From NCBI GenBank assembly GCA_002633005.1, contig NMRA01000456.1, positions 267,410-313,299 of the forward strand: DNA of 45,890 nt, read 5' to 3'. The notes under the pieces were generated by a model, which had not been told where the DNA came from, did not search any database, and was given only the letters and a program-made list of their open reading frames with translations. How positions within the stretch are numbered: position 1 is the first letter of the stretch; the number at the start of each line of letters is the position of its first letter. The stretch is from Phoronis australis (lineage: Eukaryota; Animalia; Phoronida). Made by a program: the position numbers and the translations under genes. Shown here piece by piece: positions 1 to 13,100 of the stretch.

Positions 1-199
1 CCCCCCCCCCTAAATCCGTCCGCTTCTGGCTAGGTAATACTGTGAATTGAGCTCCATTAGACCATAGACTATAGTCAGACCACGAAATTTCATACAGGCC
101 GTATACGAGTTCTGTTGGTCACCTCCAGCGACGCGAAACTCATATCGCAGATCCAACGATTGGTCGACCGACAGAGTGCATGAAAAATCTGGGAAACAA

Positions 200-575
200 T
201 TCCGACATTCACCTTGCCCGAAGCCAGTCATTTAAGTGAAAAACAATCTAATAAAACGTCATTTTCTAGCACAATTCTCCGCCTTTTGAGTTTTGTAACA
301 AAGAAAGTCTGCCGTCGTTTTGAAAACAGTACGTACGTATGATCGTCACACGCGCCGTCCTAAAATTTTGGGATATCTCTTGGGACATGATGACAGTTTC
401 GAAGCAGCAAAGTTTGTTCTAAAATTCGGTTTGCTGGTCTTAAAAATACTAAAAACGAAATGAAACCAGTTGTGACAATTTGTTGTCTTGTCATGTACGC
501 AACCTCAGTGGCAGCAAAGAACAGTTGTTAGAAGAATAAAGGGTGGAAAAGAAACTGTTCAGATCAGGTGACGAA
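200..575. repeat. Dispersed repeat, same family as about 35380-35730
   Basis: Colinear shared blocks (CACCTTGCCCG...TTTAAGT.AAAA.CAATCTAATA...ATTCTCCGCC...TCGTTTTGAAAACAGTACG...CCTAAAATTTTGGGA...AATTCGGTT.GCTGGT). Confidence 0.7.
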
Positions 576-667
576 ATCCCCGACTATTGCCAATATTCCA
601 ATAAGAGACACCTCATACATAAAGCTCAAAGAGACATTCACAACTACAGTAATCATAGTACAATGCA

Positions 668-673
668 TTTATT
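668..673 (-). terminator. Candidate polyadenylation signal (AATAAA) for HEATR3
   Basis: TTTATT on the + strand, about 380 nt downstream of the HEATR3 stop. Confidence 0.45.
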
Positions 674-1055
674 TAAACATTTCTCAAATTCAAAATTTAA
701 CTGGATTCCAAAGAGTTGACACCTAAGCACAAACTCAGTGAACCTCTCATTTATAGCAGACAACCTGTATCATTTGTTAATGGTTCTTTTCCAAGAAGTA
801 GCAGCCTTGCCATTTGAACTTCTTGAAATTTCAACCATCCTAGAAAACAGTCGTACACAGTGAACAAAAAAGTATGAGACTGTCAAGCGTGAGTGACAGA
901 CACTTAAGCAGGGTAGACACACAATATAGCATAGTAGTTGCCTCATAGTTTACCACTGTCAAGCCTGGCAGACAAACAGTACAGCATAGTCCCTATCTCA
1001 CAGTATATGACTGTCAACCATGACAGACACACACTGTAGCATATTAGTCTCTTTC

Positions 1056-1157
1056 TCACAATCTTTGAGTCTTGTACTTAATAAATCGGATGAGGTTTGT
1101 TCTAGCTGTAGTCACTATGGCAAGATGATCTCCTAGAGTTTTCCTTTGCTGTGATAT
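1056..1157 (-). CDS. HEATR3: HEATR3 last coding exon ([33 protein letters not shown])
   Basis: NLxRFIxY C-terminal motif; TTTCAG acceptor; TGA at 1058-1056. Confidence 0.9.
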   Translation of the reverse strand: MSQQRKTLGDHLAIVTTARTNLIRFIKYKTQRL

Positions 1158-4100
1158 CTGAAAAGATACACGGACGTGTGTCTCAAGTACAGCTTCTCAG
1201 CTTATGTGGAACTTATCAATTGTTTATTTAGAAGACAATTGTCAACAAAAGAATAAATTTTAATCCAGTAAAAGTACACATTTTCTGAAAGCAGAAAGTC
1301 TGCAAAATTCGATTTTTCTCTCATTAATTGGATCATATGACCATGGCTTTCCAGTTAAATTTATGATAAAATAGATACATTCATACCAAAACAACAGAAA
1401 CAATAACTTTTATACCAAATGGACTTTGGTGATGTTTTGTCAATACATTGCATTAAGTTTACATCCAGATAAGCAAAGTAGGACATCGGAAGCTATTGAC
1501 ATTCAAATTCACAGACCAAGCCTGAACAGGGATTCTGGACTTGATCTCCCAGCGGTGTACTGGTACCTGCTACGGGATTCCCCTTGACATTAAGGAATCC
1601 CCATGTTATATTATTGTTTAATTCCACAACAACAGAGGGCGCAACTCAGTGGTGGTGAACCAAGTCCGGGACAAATGGACAAAATGGTTATACACCAACA
1701 ACCTCAAGGTATGCCTTTTCGGTTCCACAAGGACCTTTATTTGAAATTATAATTCTTGCTGAAGTGTGCAATAGCTGTGATGCTGCATATAGAAATATCA
1801 GCACAAAAACCCAATGCCAACGTCAACCAATTATATAATACCCTTGAAACGTAAGAGTACTGGATTTGTACGATCAAAATTGACTTTTCTCTGCAATTGG
1901 ACAAGGGAAACACCTTCCTGCTGTCAAAATTTTTCTTTTCAAGAATAAGTAGTTGATGCATGGTCAACTTGATCAGTCAGCTTAGCACTGTGCACCCACA
2001 ATGCACTCTGCCACAGTGACTATGGCAGCTTTTAAATCAGGCAGATGCAATGTTTGGTCTTCAAATGATTGAGTATTCACAGTTTGAGCTCTGGGTAAGT
2101 GTGGTGCTGGAAATTCAATGAAGTATATTTTGCAGATGATTTCATATTTGTCCACTACTCCTTTCAGACTTTTATAACTAACAAAAACTTTAAAAGGCAA
2201 CTTGTTTGCTTCACTATCAACCTCAAGAACCAACAGTAACTTTCAAAAAGAAGTTGGCAAATATCGTGGAGTTGACCTACCTAAATTTTGGTACACAGTA
2301 TGAACAAAAGCTTCGCTCTTTCAGACATACCTTTAACAACTTTGTATGACTTATGGACTGATAGCCATGAATACTACATGCCTTGCCAAGTGTTCATCAA
2401 TCAGGATTACCTATTTTCGTCCAAGATTCCCACTAATTGTTGCGAGTTGACCAGCACCACAAGCACATGCCATCAACTAAAGGAAGAACTGTTTGTAGTT
2501 CCATCTCAACACTGGAGATAAGACAAAAATTTGAAGTCAAACCAGTAAGCTGAGCACCCTCTGTAGGTGACCCTCTAAATATACTCAAATAAGCACTTGT
2601 ATAACATTCAGAATGAGTGAGTTACCTTTGATTTCAGTACAGGCACAAGTGGTTGTAGTTTGTCGATGAGACCAATTGATTTAACAATGGAATCTGTCTC
2701 ATCCTCAGCAAACACATCAAATATAGCATCCAGCGACTCGGCCGAGACCCACAGTTCAGCATCTTTGCTTGCAACTTCCACCAAAAATAACCCGAAATTC
2801 TGAAAAACAATATCACATAGACTTCAACAGTCTTAAAGTCCATTTAAAATTACGCCAACTACTCTAACTTTATGAGTACAATGCTTAGTTAAGATAAAAC
2901 AATACAATGTTGAAGCTCACCTTCAGTAGTTCCACATTAGCAGGTACAAGTTGTCTGGCTAAAATACAGCCCATGGTAGCTGACAGACGGACAGCGTTAG
3001 CACGGACTTGGGCTTCGGAACACTGGCTGCCAATCTCGAACACAAATTGGGCTTCACTAGGACTGAAAGCGATGTCCTGAAACAAGCGTGTAGAACAGAC
3101 GATTTAAACACCAAAAGAATCTTCCAGCATTCCACTTTAATTTATGTAGCCTAAAACATCATTATATTACCGAATACCACTTTGGTTCACACGAAACATT
3201 GAGACTACATCTCACACACAAATCTAGAAGCCAAAGACTATACAACTACATAAGACTCACCTTGGTATCAAGTTGAACCATCGACTGTACTATTGCACGC
3301 AGAGCACTGGTAGCAGCTTCAAGAAGTTCAAGTGTGTTTAGAGCTGTAAAGAGCACACATTAAGAACACTCTTAAAGTAAACAAGATATAAGTTTTCTGT
3401 TTCAACAGTTGTAAGATTATGGTTGGACGAAAACTCGACTGAATTGTGTCCATAATAGAACAATGCCGTATACACTTACTAGGCAACAGAAAATAAGTAT
3501 ACTGGGTTTCAACAAGAGATATGTCTTAACTGAACTAATTGCCATTTTGATTTCACACTTATTGTAAAGGTTAAACAATTAGAAAGAAGAAAAATGGTAA
3601 ATCAATGAAATTAGCGTCGATTACTAAGTGAGCTTTCATTTTCGCAGAGTGGGCGTGCATCCAACAGTTGCAATTAGCCGCCTATGACAGCAGGGAATTA
3701 TTCATTGATACATCATTTCAGTAACGTGTATAAGAGCCCCTGGCCATCCTTCACTCCTGACATCGCAAAAATACGTCGTAAACAAATTTGTTGATCATTT
3801 CCTGTGGAACAGCGTGCTCATCGGTTGCTCCAGAATAGGGAAGACATGCTGAAGTGGCATGGCTCCAATAATGTGCTCGCGAGCCTTCCCACCCAGTTCA
3901 TCCCACAAGTGTTTGATGGGGTTTAAGTCGGCAGACTTTGCAGACCACTGCATGCAGTTAATTGGCCGTTGATCCAAGAACGTGACGACAACTTGGCCAC
4001 AACAAGGACTTGCATTGCAGTCCATGAATGTGGAGCCAACGCCTGCTGCACTTGCCTAGTGTACAACATGTGTCCCTTTAGTGAGCAGACGACAGGTTAC

Positions 4101-7100
4101 CATCAATGTGCACGAGATCAGTTCGACCGTTATCAAAAATACCATGACACTCCCAACCACCACAGGGGTCATGTGGATGAATAGTGCAGTCGACGCTGCA
4201 CTCACCCCTTCTTCACCAGACTTTCGCTCTTTTATTAAAAAATCTTAGACAAAATCGTTACTCATCTGTGAACAGAACATTTGCTCATTGGCACCTTGAC
4301 AATTGAATTCTTTTTGCTGTTTTATCGTGCCCTAATACAACTTCTGTGCATTGTCCAAATTTATGTACCATTTGGCAGGAAATGTTGATGTTCATGACAT
4401 AACGTGGGGTTTCTTTTAACTTGGCAGATTACTGGAAACAGTTCCATAGGGCAGTAGGCACAATATCAGTCCCCTAAGGATATTTTCTTTGTGGACGACC
4501 ACTTCTCACTTTTCTTTGCACATTTCTGGTATTGGCAAACTTTGAAACAGTTTGTGAAATAACACACTCATCTGCAACTTTGCTTCTACTACACCAACAA
4601 TTCTTGATTTTTCAGGTAACGTCCAGTGTCGTCTTGCCATGGTGATGAATTCTGCATTGATTAGTGAGCAAAAGATTGTCACAGTCTGTCAGGAATGGGC
4701 ATTCAAGTCATTTATATTCTCTATTTTTTGTTTTACACAGGCTGTGAATGTCCTCCCTGACTATCATGTGCATCTGCAAGGGTGGATCCATGATTTTGAG
4801 TTAGGGGGGGCAAGGGCAGAGTATTAGTCAGGATTTTGCCTGTCAGACATTGGCACTCCTGAACTGCCCAATGGAATCTTGGAGAATTTTAAGGGGGGGG
4901 ACAAGGCTCCCTTGGCCCCCCTCTAAATCCGCCACTGATCCTGAAATGCAACTTTTGTCAAGGCACCCCACTACACCTTGTGACCTCTAACACAGCAGGT
5001 GGTAATCTTTCCAAAGTAAACACTACATAATATCTTAAGGAATATGCAGGGGAACATTATTGTTAGTTTGCGCTGAATTGGTTTAATCCAAATTTAAATT
5101 CCAGTATGCTTATTGTTTGTTGCCTAGTATGCTAAGAAAAAAAAACATGTATGGTGGTTTTAGCCAACAGAGGTGTGTAAATGAGGTCAATAACAACTCT
5201 ACTCATTAAGCTTCACAAGTTCTTTATAATACCACACGTTATAACCGCTTTTATCACATAAAATGTACAGTTGTAGTATTTTTCACTTTTACTTTTTAAG
5301 CTGTTAAATTTTAGCCTTTTTTCTTATTGTTGTATGAAGTATTATGTCATTGAATGTTATGGTAACAACTGTAAGTGCAACAAGCAGAAACATTTTAAAG
5401 TTAATAACTATGAGAGAGAGAGCTTACGTTTAAGTGTCAAGACAAACATGCAGGACCCTCAATCCTTCCATGTTGGCGCCGAATATAGTCCCATTCCCCT
5501 CTAAATATATTTAAAAAATCACCATGAATTCCCCTCATGAGGCCCAAAAATTCCCCTCGAGTGACTGAAAAATTAACCTCGAGATTTGAATCACTTGTAA
5601 CACACACGGTCAGGCAACAATTTGAAAGAGCACAAAATGTTAGTTTTAGCTACTTGAGGCAGAGCCCGAGTGTTTGTGACATAGGTAGGGGGTTCCTATT
5701 GATGGTGATCAGGGGGTAGAATTTTCCCCATTCAAAAAATTCCCCTTTCAGAAAGCACAGGCACCTTTCCCTTTAGATGAACGAGGGCCCTGTAACGAAA
5801 CAACAGAGGAAGATTAAACCCACCTCGTTCTGTTGTAGCAATATTGAACACATTTGAGTAGACCTGTTGTAACATCTTCAATCCTCCTATGTTCTGCTGG
5901 TCTGTACAGCTGATCATGTTATGAATGCAGAGGAGGCCTCTACACTGCAGACTTGTCAGGCTGGCGACAAAATACAACAAATTACTAAAAATCATCTGAC
6001 GTTGACTAGACACAAGAGATAGTTTCGAACTTGCTTTATTATAGAGATTCAACACTTATACAGCTGGGTCTAGAGTCATAGTTCCAACAAAGCTCTACTT
6101 AGGACTCATTTTGAGCCATTCTAAACTGGAAACATCTCCGAAATGTTTTATGTCCATCACCACAACAAAGACTGTAAGAATGATTTCAAACAGTAACCTC
6201 CTCCATAATTGTACAAAATGCACTTTGGGATAATCTTCTGCACTTGGACATCAAATTTAACACACATTGTTTCGTGCCAAATGTAATGATGAATGACAGA
6301 GGCTCCGCCGGGTCAGCTGGCTAAGACATCTGATTGGTTCCCCATGAAGACTTCTGGCTCACAGACCAATCAGATGTTTTAGCTGGTTGACCCGGCGCAA
6401 TCAGTGAAGTCAATCAAATGCACCCACTGCATGTCAAATATGCAATCACGCAAACATAAAACTGTAAACAAATGTACTTTTTGCTTCCCTAAAGGCCGGA
6501 CTATGAAGAACTCATACAAGATGTTGCTAACTTATCGAGCTATTGAAATGATGGAACACTGCCTGTAAATTTCGTGTCAATCACACAAAAAACTCGACCT
6601 GTAGTACGAATGCGATAACCCAACAAAAGTGCAGCAAAAAGCAAGTCAGTAAAAGAACATCATATGACAAGTAATCTGGAGCAAGAAATGGGTTTCACAA
6701 TGCAGACAGCGCTTGACAAGATCTATCCGCACACTAAATTTCTGACTGGTCCATCAAGGGACACATGTGATATGGCACAAACACTCAAGGGGAGTTTACA
6801 GCAAAGTTAGTATGGTGGCTGAGCTATTCTGCAGTTAGACTTTTGCTGCAATAACAGTTAATTAACAAGTCATTTTTGTTTTCAGCAGATTTAGTCGTAA
6901 AGAGTGGGAAGCGATATTTTGCCTGATCACCTTTGTCATGTACTGCTGCATAAATACGTTTACCTTTTCATGAGTTTAGAGCCATCTTTGAGTGTTTCAA
7001 TTTGTTTTGCCAAAGTCTCGTCCACAGAGCTAGTTTTCACCAGGACTTTGTTGAGTAGGTCACTGTTGGAGAAGGCACTGTATACTTCCGCTGGTACGCA

Positions 7101-10100
7101 CAATCCAGACTGAAAATGATCCGGTCATTCTATCAAGAGTAAGCATTCAACGGGTTGAAACAGCTCAATTCCAGTAAACATTGAGAGTGTTGAAATACCA
7201 AACACCCATTCCCATAAATTTCAAATGAATTGAAATACCCAACACCGATTCCAGTTAACATTGATTGGGTTGAATTACTATGTACTGATTCCAGTAAACA
7301 ATGACAAGGGTTGTAATACCCAGCACTAATTCCAGTAAACTTGAGAAATACAATGTGCTGATTCCAGTTTAGTTGAGAAATGCACTGCACTGATTCTAGT
7401 AAACTCCTTTAACTACTTGTGCACATACTCTCTGACTGTGAACCAAAAGCCAGAAACAGTGTGACATCATCAATGGAGTAATCATGAAATTTTCTACCAT
7501 ATTTTAGTAATGTTAAATGCATAGCATTCTAGAGTAATTAACTGATTAATCTAATTAAGGGTACACATAACCACTACAGCAGGAAGTTGTTTGAGCAAAA
7601 ATACGATAAACTGTTTATAATTTCACTTTCAAATGTATTTTAATTAGCAGCCTGGTGGTAAACAGATAAACAATGGTCTTTGCGAATGACAGCGATTGCT
7701 TTGTGGATTCACCATTTCAGAACTTCAAATGTATTTTAACACAGCATCAGATCCCAGACATTGTATTGTAATATAAAATTTAAGAATTACCATAATAACT
7801 GAATTATTCTCTACTTCCATCTCTCCCATAGCAGAGAGTTCATCATTACTTTCCCCACTGCTGTTCATATCTTCCCAATCATTGTCTTCTTCTGAAATAC
7901 CAACAGGGGCCAAATTATACAAGTAGAGGGATATTAGAGTGACGTGAGACACTCTGAAATCACCAATAATGTCAACTAAAACCGGTATGCCAATAGACAA
8001 AAGCTTAGAAACAAATCTTAACAAAAGTTAAAAAATACCACTTTAATTCATGAAACTGGGTGTCAGAACTGAAAGTTGTGAATTCACAAAATAAAAAAAT
8101 GTCAGCACTCATAAAGTTGTAAATGTCATGCACTACCAACAGCTGAGGCCACAGCTTGTTTACATGACACACCTGAAGGGCAGCACACATTGGTAATGGT
8201 CTCCAGTGCAATCTTCTGACCAAGAACAACATGCTCAATGTCTTTCATAAAGTTGGTAGGATTAGCATCAGTGTCTGTCTTGTCCCCACAGATGGCGTTG
8301 TTAGCCACTGATTCCATGTTGTCTTCACAGGTCACGGTGTTAGCAGCACATTCCATGTTGTCCTCACAGGTGGCGCTGTTAGCAGCACATTCAATGTTGT
8401 CCCCAGAGGTGGCGGTGTTAGCAGCGCATTCGGCATTGTCTTCACCATTGGTAGCTAAGCACTCCATTTTGTTATCACATTTCTGCAAAAATAACCACGT
8501 TCATTAGGACACTTCCACAAAATTTGTCATTCAATACGGGCAATACCAAACTGCATTTTAATAGACACAATAGATGCAAAATTATCTGTGAAAGAAACAG
8601 TTTGGTAAATGATAAAAGCAATTACAAAATGTAAGAGGTTTGTAAAACACATTTTGGATATTCTTACATCTGTAAAAGTACAATGTGTGAACTGATAGTT
8701 GCAGCCATCCACTATTTTGTGAAATTAATATCTATATTAGTCTATGGATATCCTTTCAAAATAACTGTAAAACCTGTACTTCCGTCAAATCCAGTTGACA
8801 GGAGATAGAACAACTTAAAAAGTCAAAACAGTGATATAACAGTCAACAGTACTTACTGGTGACAGAATACACACACTTGTGACATTCACCCACTAACCTC
8901 CGTTGTTTCTAAGGTTTCAAAATGATTAACTAACATCTGGTGGACATTTGCCTCCAATATTTCTCCTAGTACAAGTGTGACATGCTGTAAAATGCTGCCA
9001 TGAGCTGTCAATAACTGGCCTTCACTAACGTTCAATAAAATACCTGCAAATTAACAATAACGAATTTCCTTAATATTCCCAGGTAATTAAATGCAACGGC
9101 ATAGTATTTAAATTAGATCATAATAGCCAATCAGTAAAAGACATGCATACCCTACGAAAAATAAATCAGAGGTATCATAGAATCATACACAAGAGCATCA
9201 CATCTCACGCACGAACGACCTACGAAGCTATGAATTATGCATACGAACCCAAAAATCACACATACGAAAAAAAATCATGCACACGAACCACACATACCAA
9301 CACAAATCATACGCATGAGCATCCGAATCATACGCATGAACCACCAAATGATAAAATGTTTGTGCGTGTGATTCGAAGCTTGTGTATAGGATTTTATGTT
9401 CATATTCATTATTTTTGTGGTTCGTGCGCATGATTTTTGTTCGTACGCATGATTTTTAGGTTCGTATGCACTGTTCATAGGTGGTTCATGTGCAAGATGC
9501 TTTGATTGTGCGTATGATTCTATGGTACCTCTGTATCAGGGGAGACCAGGGCTACTTTGGCCTCAGGGGTTGTTTGGCAAATGGCTCAACTTGACACTAA
9601 AGGCAAGGAGCAACATTGCTACCAATAGTCAGAAATCACTGTGAGTTTACAATAAGACTTTTGAAAGTACACAGTAGAATGGGAAGCAAAAGTTCCCCTT
9701 TGTCGACTGTTACCAAATTTCTCACTTCAGTTTCTGTATTTTTATTTCTCACAAGATGCACTACATTTCACTTCTTTCTATGAGCAGAGAAACACGCTTC
9801 AAGACGATACAACATTCATTTTATGTTCTTGAACCCTACAAGATATAACACAATACTACTTTTACTAGTAACAGGACTCCACGCTATGACTTCATTTGAA
9901 AAAGAACCAATCTAGCCCTGGTCTTCCCTAGATGTCAGGCCTTNATGACAACCTGTGGTGTGTCAGTTGCCTATTGAGATTGGGCTTGCACCAACTGATG
10001 TGTAAAGCCTAACGAATTTTAAGCTCCTTTGTTGTTACTGCCTGGTCTATTATTGCAAAGTCATTTTGGATATTCTCACATTTGTAAAAGTGCAATGTGT

Positions 10101-13100
10101 GAACTGACAGTTGCAGCCATCCACTATTTTGTGAAATTACTATCTATATTAGTCTGTGGATATCCTTTCAAATAACTATAAAACCAGTACTTCCGTAAAA
10201 TCCAGCTGACAGGAGATAGAACAGCTTCAAAAATCAAAACAGTGATATAACAGTCCACAGTACTTACTGGTGACAGAATACACAAACTTGTGACATTCAC
10301 CCACTAACCTCCGTTGTTTCTAAGGTTTCAAAATGATTAGCTAACATCTGGTGGACATTTGCCTCCAATATTTCTCCTAGTACGAGAGTAACATGCTGTA
10401 AAATGCTGCCATGAGCTGTCAATAACTGGCCTTCACTGACGTTAAATAAAATACCTGCAAATTAACAATAACAAATTTCCTTAATATTCCCAGGTAATTA
10501 AATGCAACGGCATAGTATTCAAATTAGATCATAATAGCCAATCAGTAAAACATATGCATACCCTACGAAAAATAAATCAGAGGTATCATAGAATCATACA
10601 CAAGAGCATCACATCTCACGCACGAACGACCTACGAAGCTATGAATTATGCATACCAACCCAAAAATCACAAATACGAAAAAAATCATGCACACGAACCA
10701 CACATACCAACACAAATCATACGCACGACCACCCGAATCATACGCATGAACCACCAAATGATAAAATGTTTGTGCGTGTGATTCGAAGCTTGTGTATAGG
10801 ATTTTATGTTCATATCCATGATTTTTGTGGTTAATGCGCATGATTTTTAGGTTCATATGCACGATTCATAGCTTTGCAGGTGGTTCGTGCGAAAGATGCT
10901 ATGATTGTGCGTGTGATTCTATGGTATCTCTGTATCAGGGGAGACCAGGGCTACTTTGGCCTCAGGGGTTGTTTGGAAAATGGCTCAACTTGGCACTAAA
11001 GGCAAGGAGCAACATTGCTACCAATGGTCAGAAATCACTGTGGTGTTTACAATAAGACTTTTGAAAGTACACAGTAGAATAGGAAACATAAGTTCCCCTT
11101 CGTCAACTGTTACCAAATTTCTCACTTCAGTTTCTGTATTTTTATTTCTCACAAGATGCACTACATTTCACTTCTTTCTATGAGCAGAGAAACACGCTTC
11201 AAGACGATACAACATTCATTTTATGTTCTTGAACCCTACAAGATATAACACAATACTACTTTTACTAGTAACAGGACTCCACGCTATGACTTCATTTGAA
11301 AAAGAACCAATCTAGCCCTGGTCTTCCCTAGATGTCAGGCCTTATAAGATTTACTTAGCATGTCACAGACTTACGAAAAGATGCTACCGATTAGAAACTG
11401 ACCATTAACCAACTCATGTTAATGCATAAAATATTACTAAATACATGACTGTTGTCGATGTTGGTTTTGGGCAAAATAAGCAGTAGAAACCTCGGTACAA
11501 CTGTTGTTAAAATTCTGTGTTTACATATATACAGGAGTCCAACGTTTTGACCAAGTTCAATTCATCACTCTGAAGGAGTTCACCAAAACCCTTGTGACCC
11601 TGTTGTTGGGTTTTGGTGAACTCCTTGAGAATGATGAATTGAATTTTGTCAAAACAGCGGACTCATGTATATATGTGAATACGGAATGTTACCAACAATT
11701 GTGCTGTGGTTTATACATGGCTGTATTAGCAAGGAACAGCGTAACAGTTTTAACAGTAATTATGACTTGCAAACAACCAACAATTTAGTCAGTTCAATAT
11801 GACTTAGATACATGGAAAAAGACCCAGGAATAAAAACAATAGTGATAAGAGCCGAGAGATATCTGGGAAATAATATAATTGACCTAAAAATTAAATAGTG
11901 TAAAACAACTACCTATGGCCACAGATCTAAACAACAGTTGTGCAGGAGAAGTGTGCTTGGTCTGTATGATGGTACATAACTGGCTGACATTGTGATCTGA
12001 GCCGAGTTTAATGGATATCTCACTGTTATCTTCCGTTACTGTGTGTAAGCATTGAGCTGTAAATGACCATCCAGATGACAAGTAAAGCCACATACATAAA
12101 CGGTTAAAGATACTATGAACACGCTTTCTATGAACAGGGCTTGGAATGACCAATGACAAAAAATGCAGAAACTTTTACGGCCCAAAACATGCGCGCTACC
12201 CAGCCTTGAAATACTCGATGAGAACCTTTCGCCGACAAAAATCGGTAGGACTAAAAAAATTTACGTTCCTCCAAAACATAAAGAGCAACTTCCGCTTTTC
12301 GAGGTGAACGTCGTCAGCAACGCCGCGGTAAGAAAAGAATTTGCCGCGGAAATTTTATATCAAATCCAATTTTTTACGCGGAAATATAATAAAATGCGCA
12401 GACAGAACATTTGAAAAAAGCGGAAATCCGCGTTTCCGCGGAAAATTCCAAGCCCTGTACGAAACAACCTTCATTTATCACCACGTACCAGCATAGTACT
12501 GGGTAGAGTTTTGTAGACACAAGAGTTTCACTGAGGGAGCTAGTGTCATTACGTGCTTCGCTTGTAATACTTGGCGATATCTCAAGAAGTCTTGCATGTT
12601 CTTCTAGTTACGCAAGAAAAGACTATGCTGGTCTGAGCAAGGTACAACTTGAAGCCTCTTTTATAGAAGAGGTCTAATTTAAACGTTTTGAACAGGAGGC
12701 AGATTCATGACAACTTAAAAAGAAACTCAGTAACTTCAAAAAAAAAACAACTTCAAACTCAAATAAATAACATTGGCAATGACTAATCATGCTGGTAATG
12801 GCTAATCTAACAGTAAAAGCGATCAACGAAGTCCAGCACTCGAGTAATCGAGCAAAATGAAAAACACTGGAATGCTCAAAACTCTGTCGAAATGTTTTCC
12901 ATACTGGGACATCACTAATAATTACCGTGAGCAGTTTACTAACAATTCCAGCAAAAATATTTTCTAATGAAAATGGAAACTATTAGATGAAAATGGCTAA
13001 AGGAAAATTAAGTATACTAATTATAAAAAGTGTTAGTCAAATACATATAGGAGGAACTGCCTCATGACTATGTGTACATTTAAATCAGTAAAGACCAGTT

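Larger units (their letters stand above)
8652..11343. repeat. Apparent ~1.3-kb direct duplication (8652-9943 vs 10065-11343) split by a single N at 9944
   Basis: Colinear near-identical sequence; copy 1 ends exactly at the N. Confidence 0.9.

Noticed and set aside
9143-9478. His/Thr-rich ORFs on both strands
   Set aside because: They arise from the subrepeats of a palindromic MITE.
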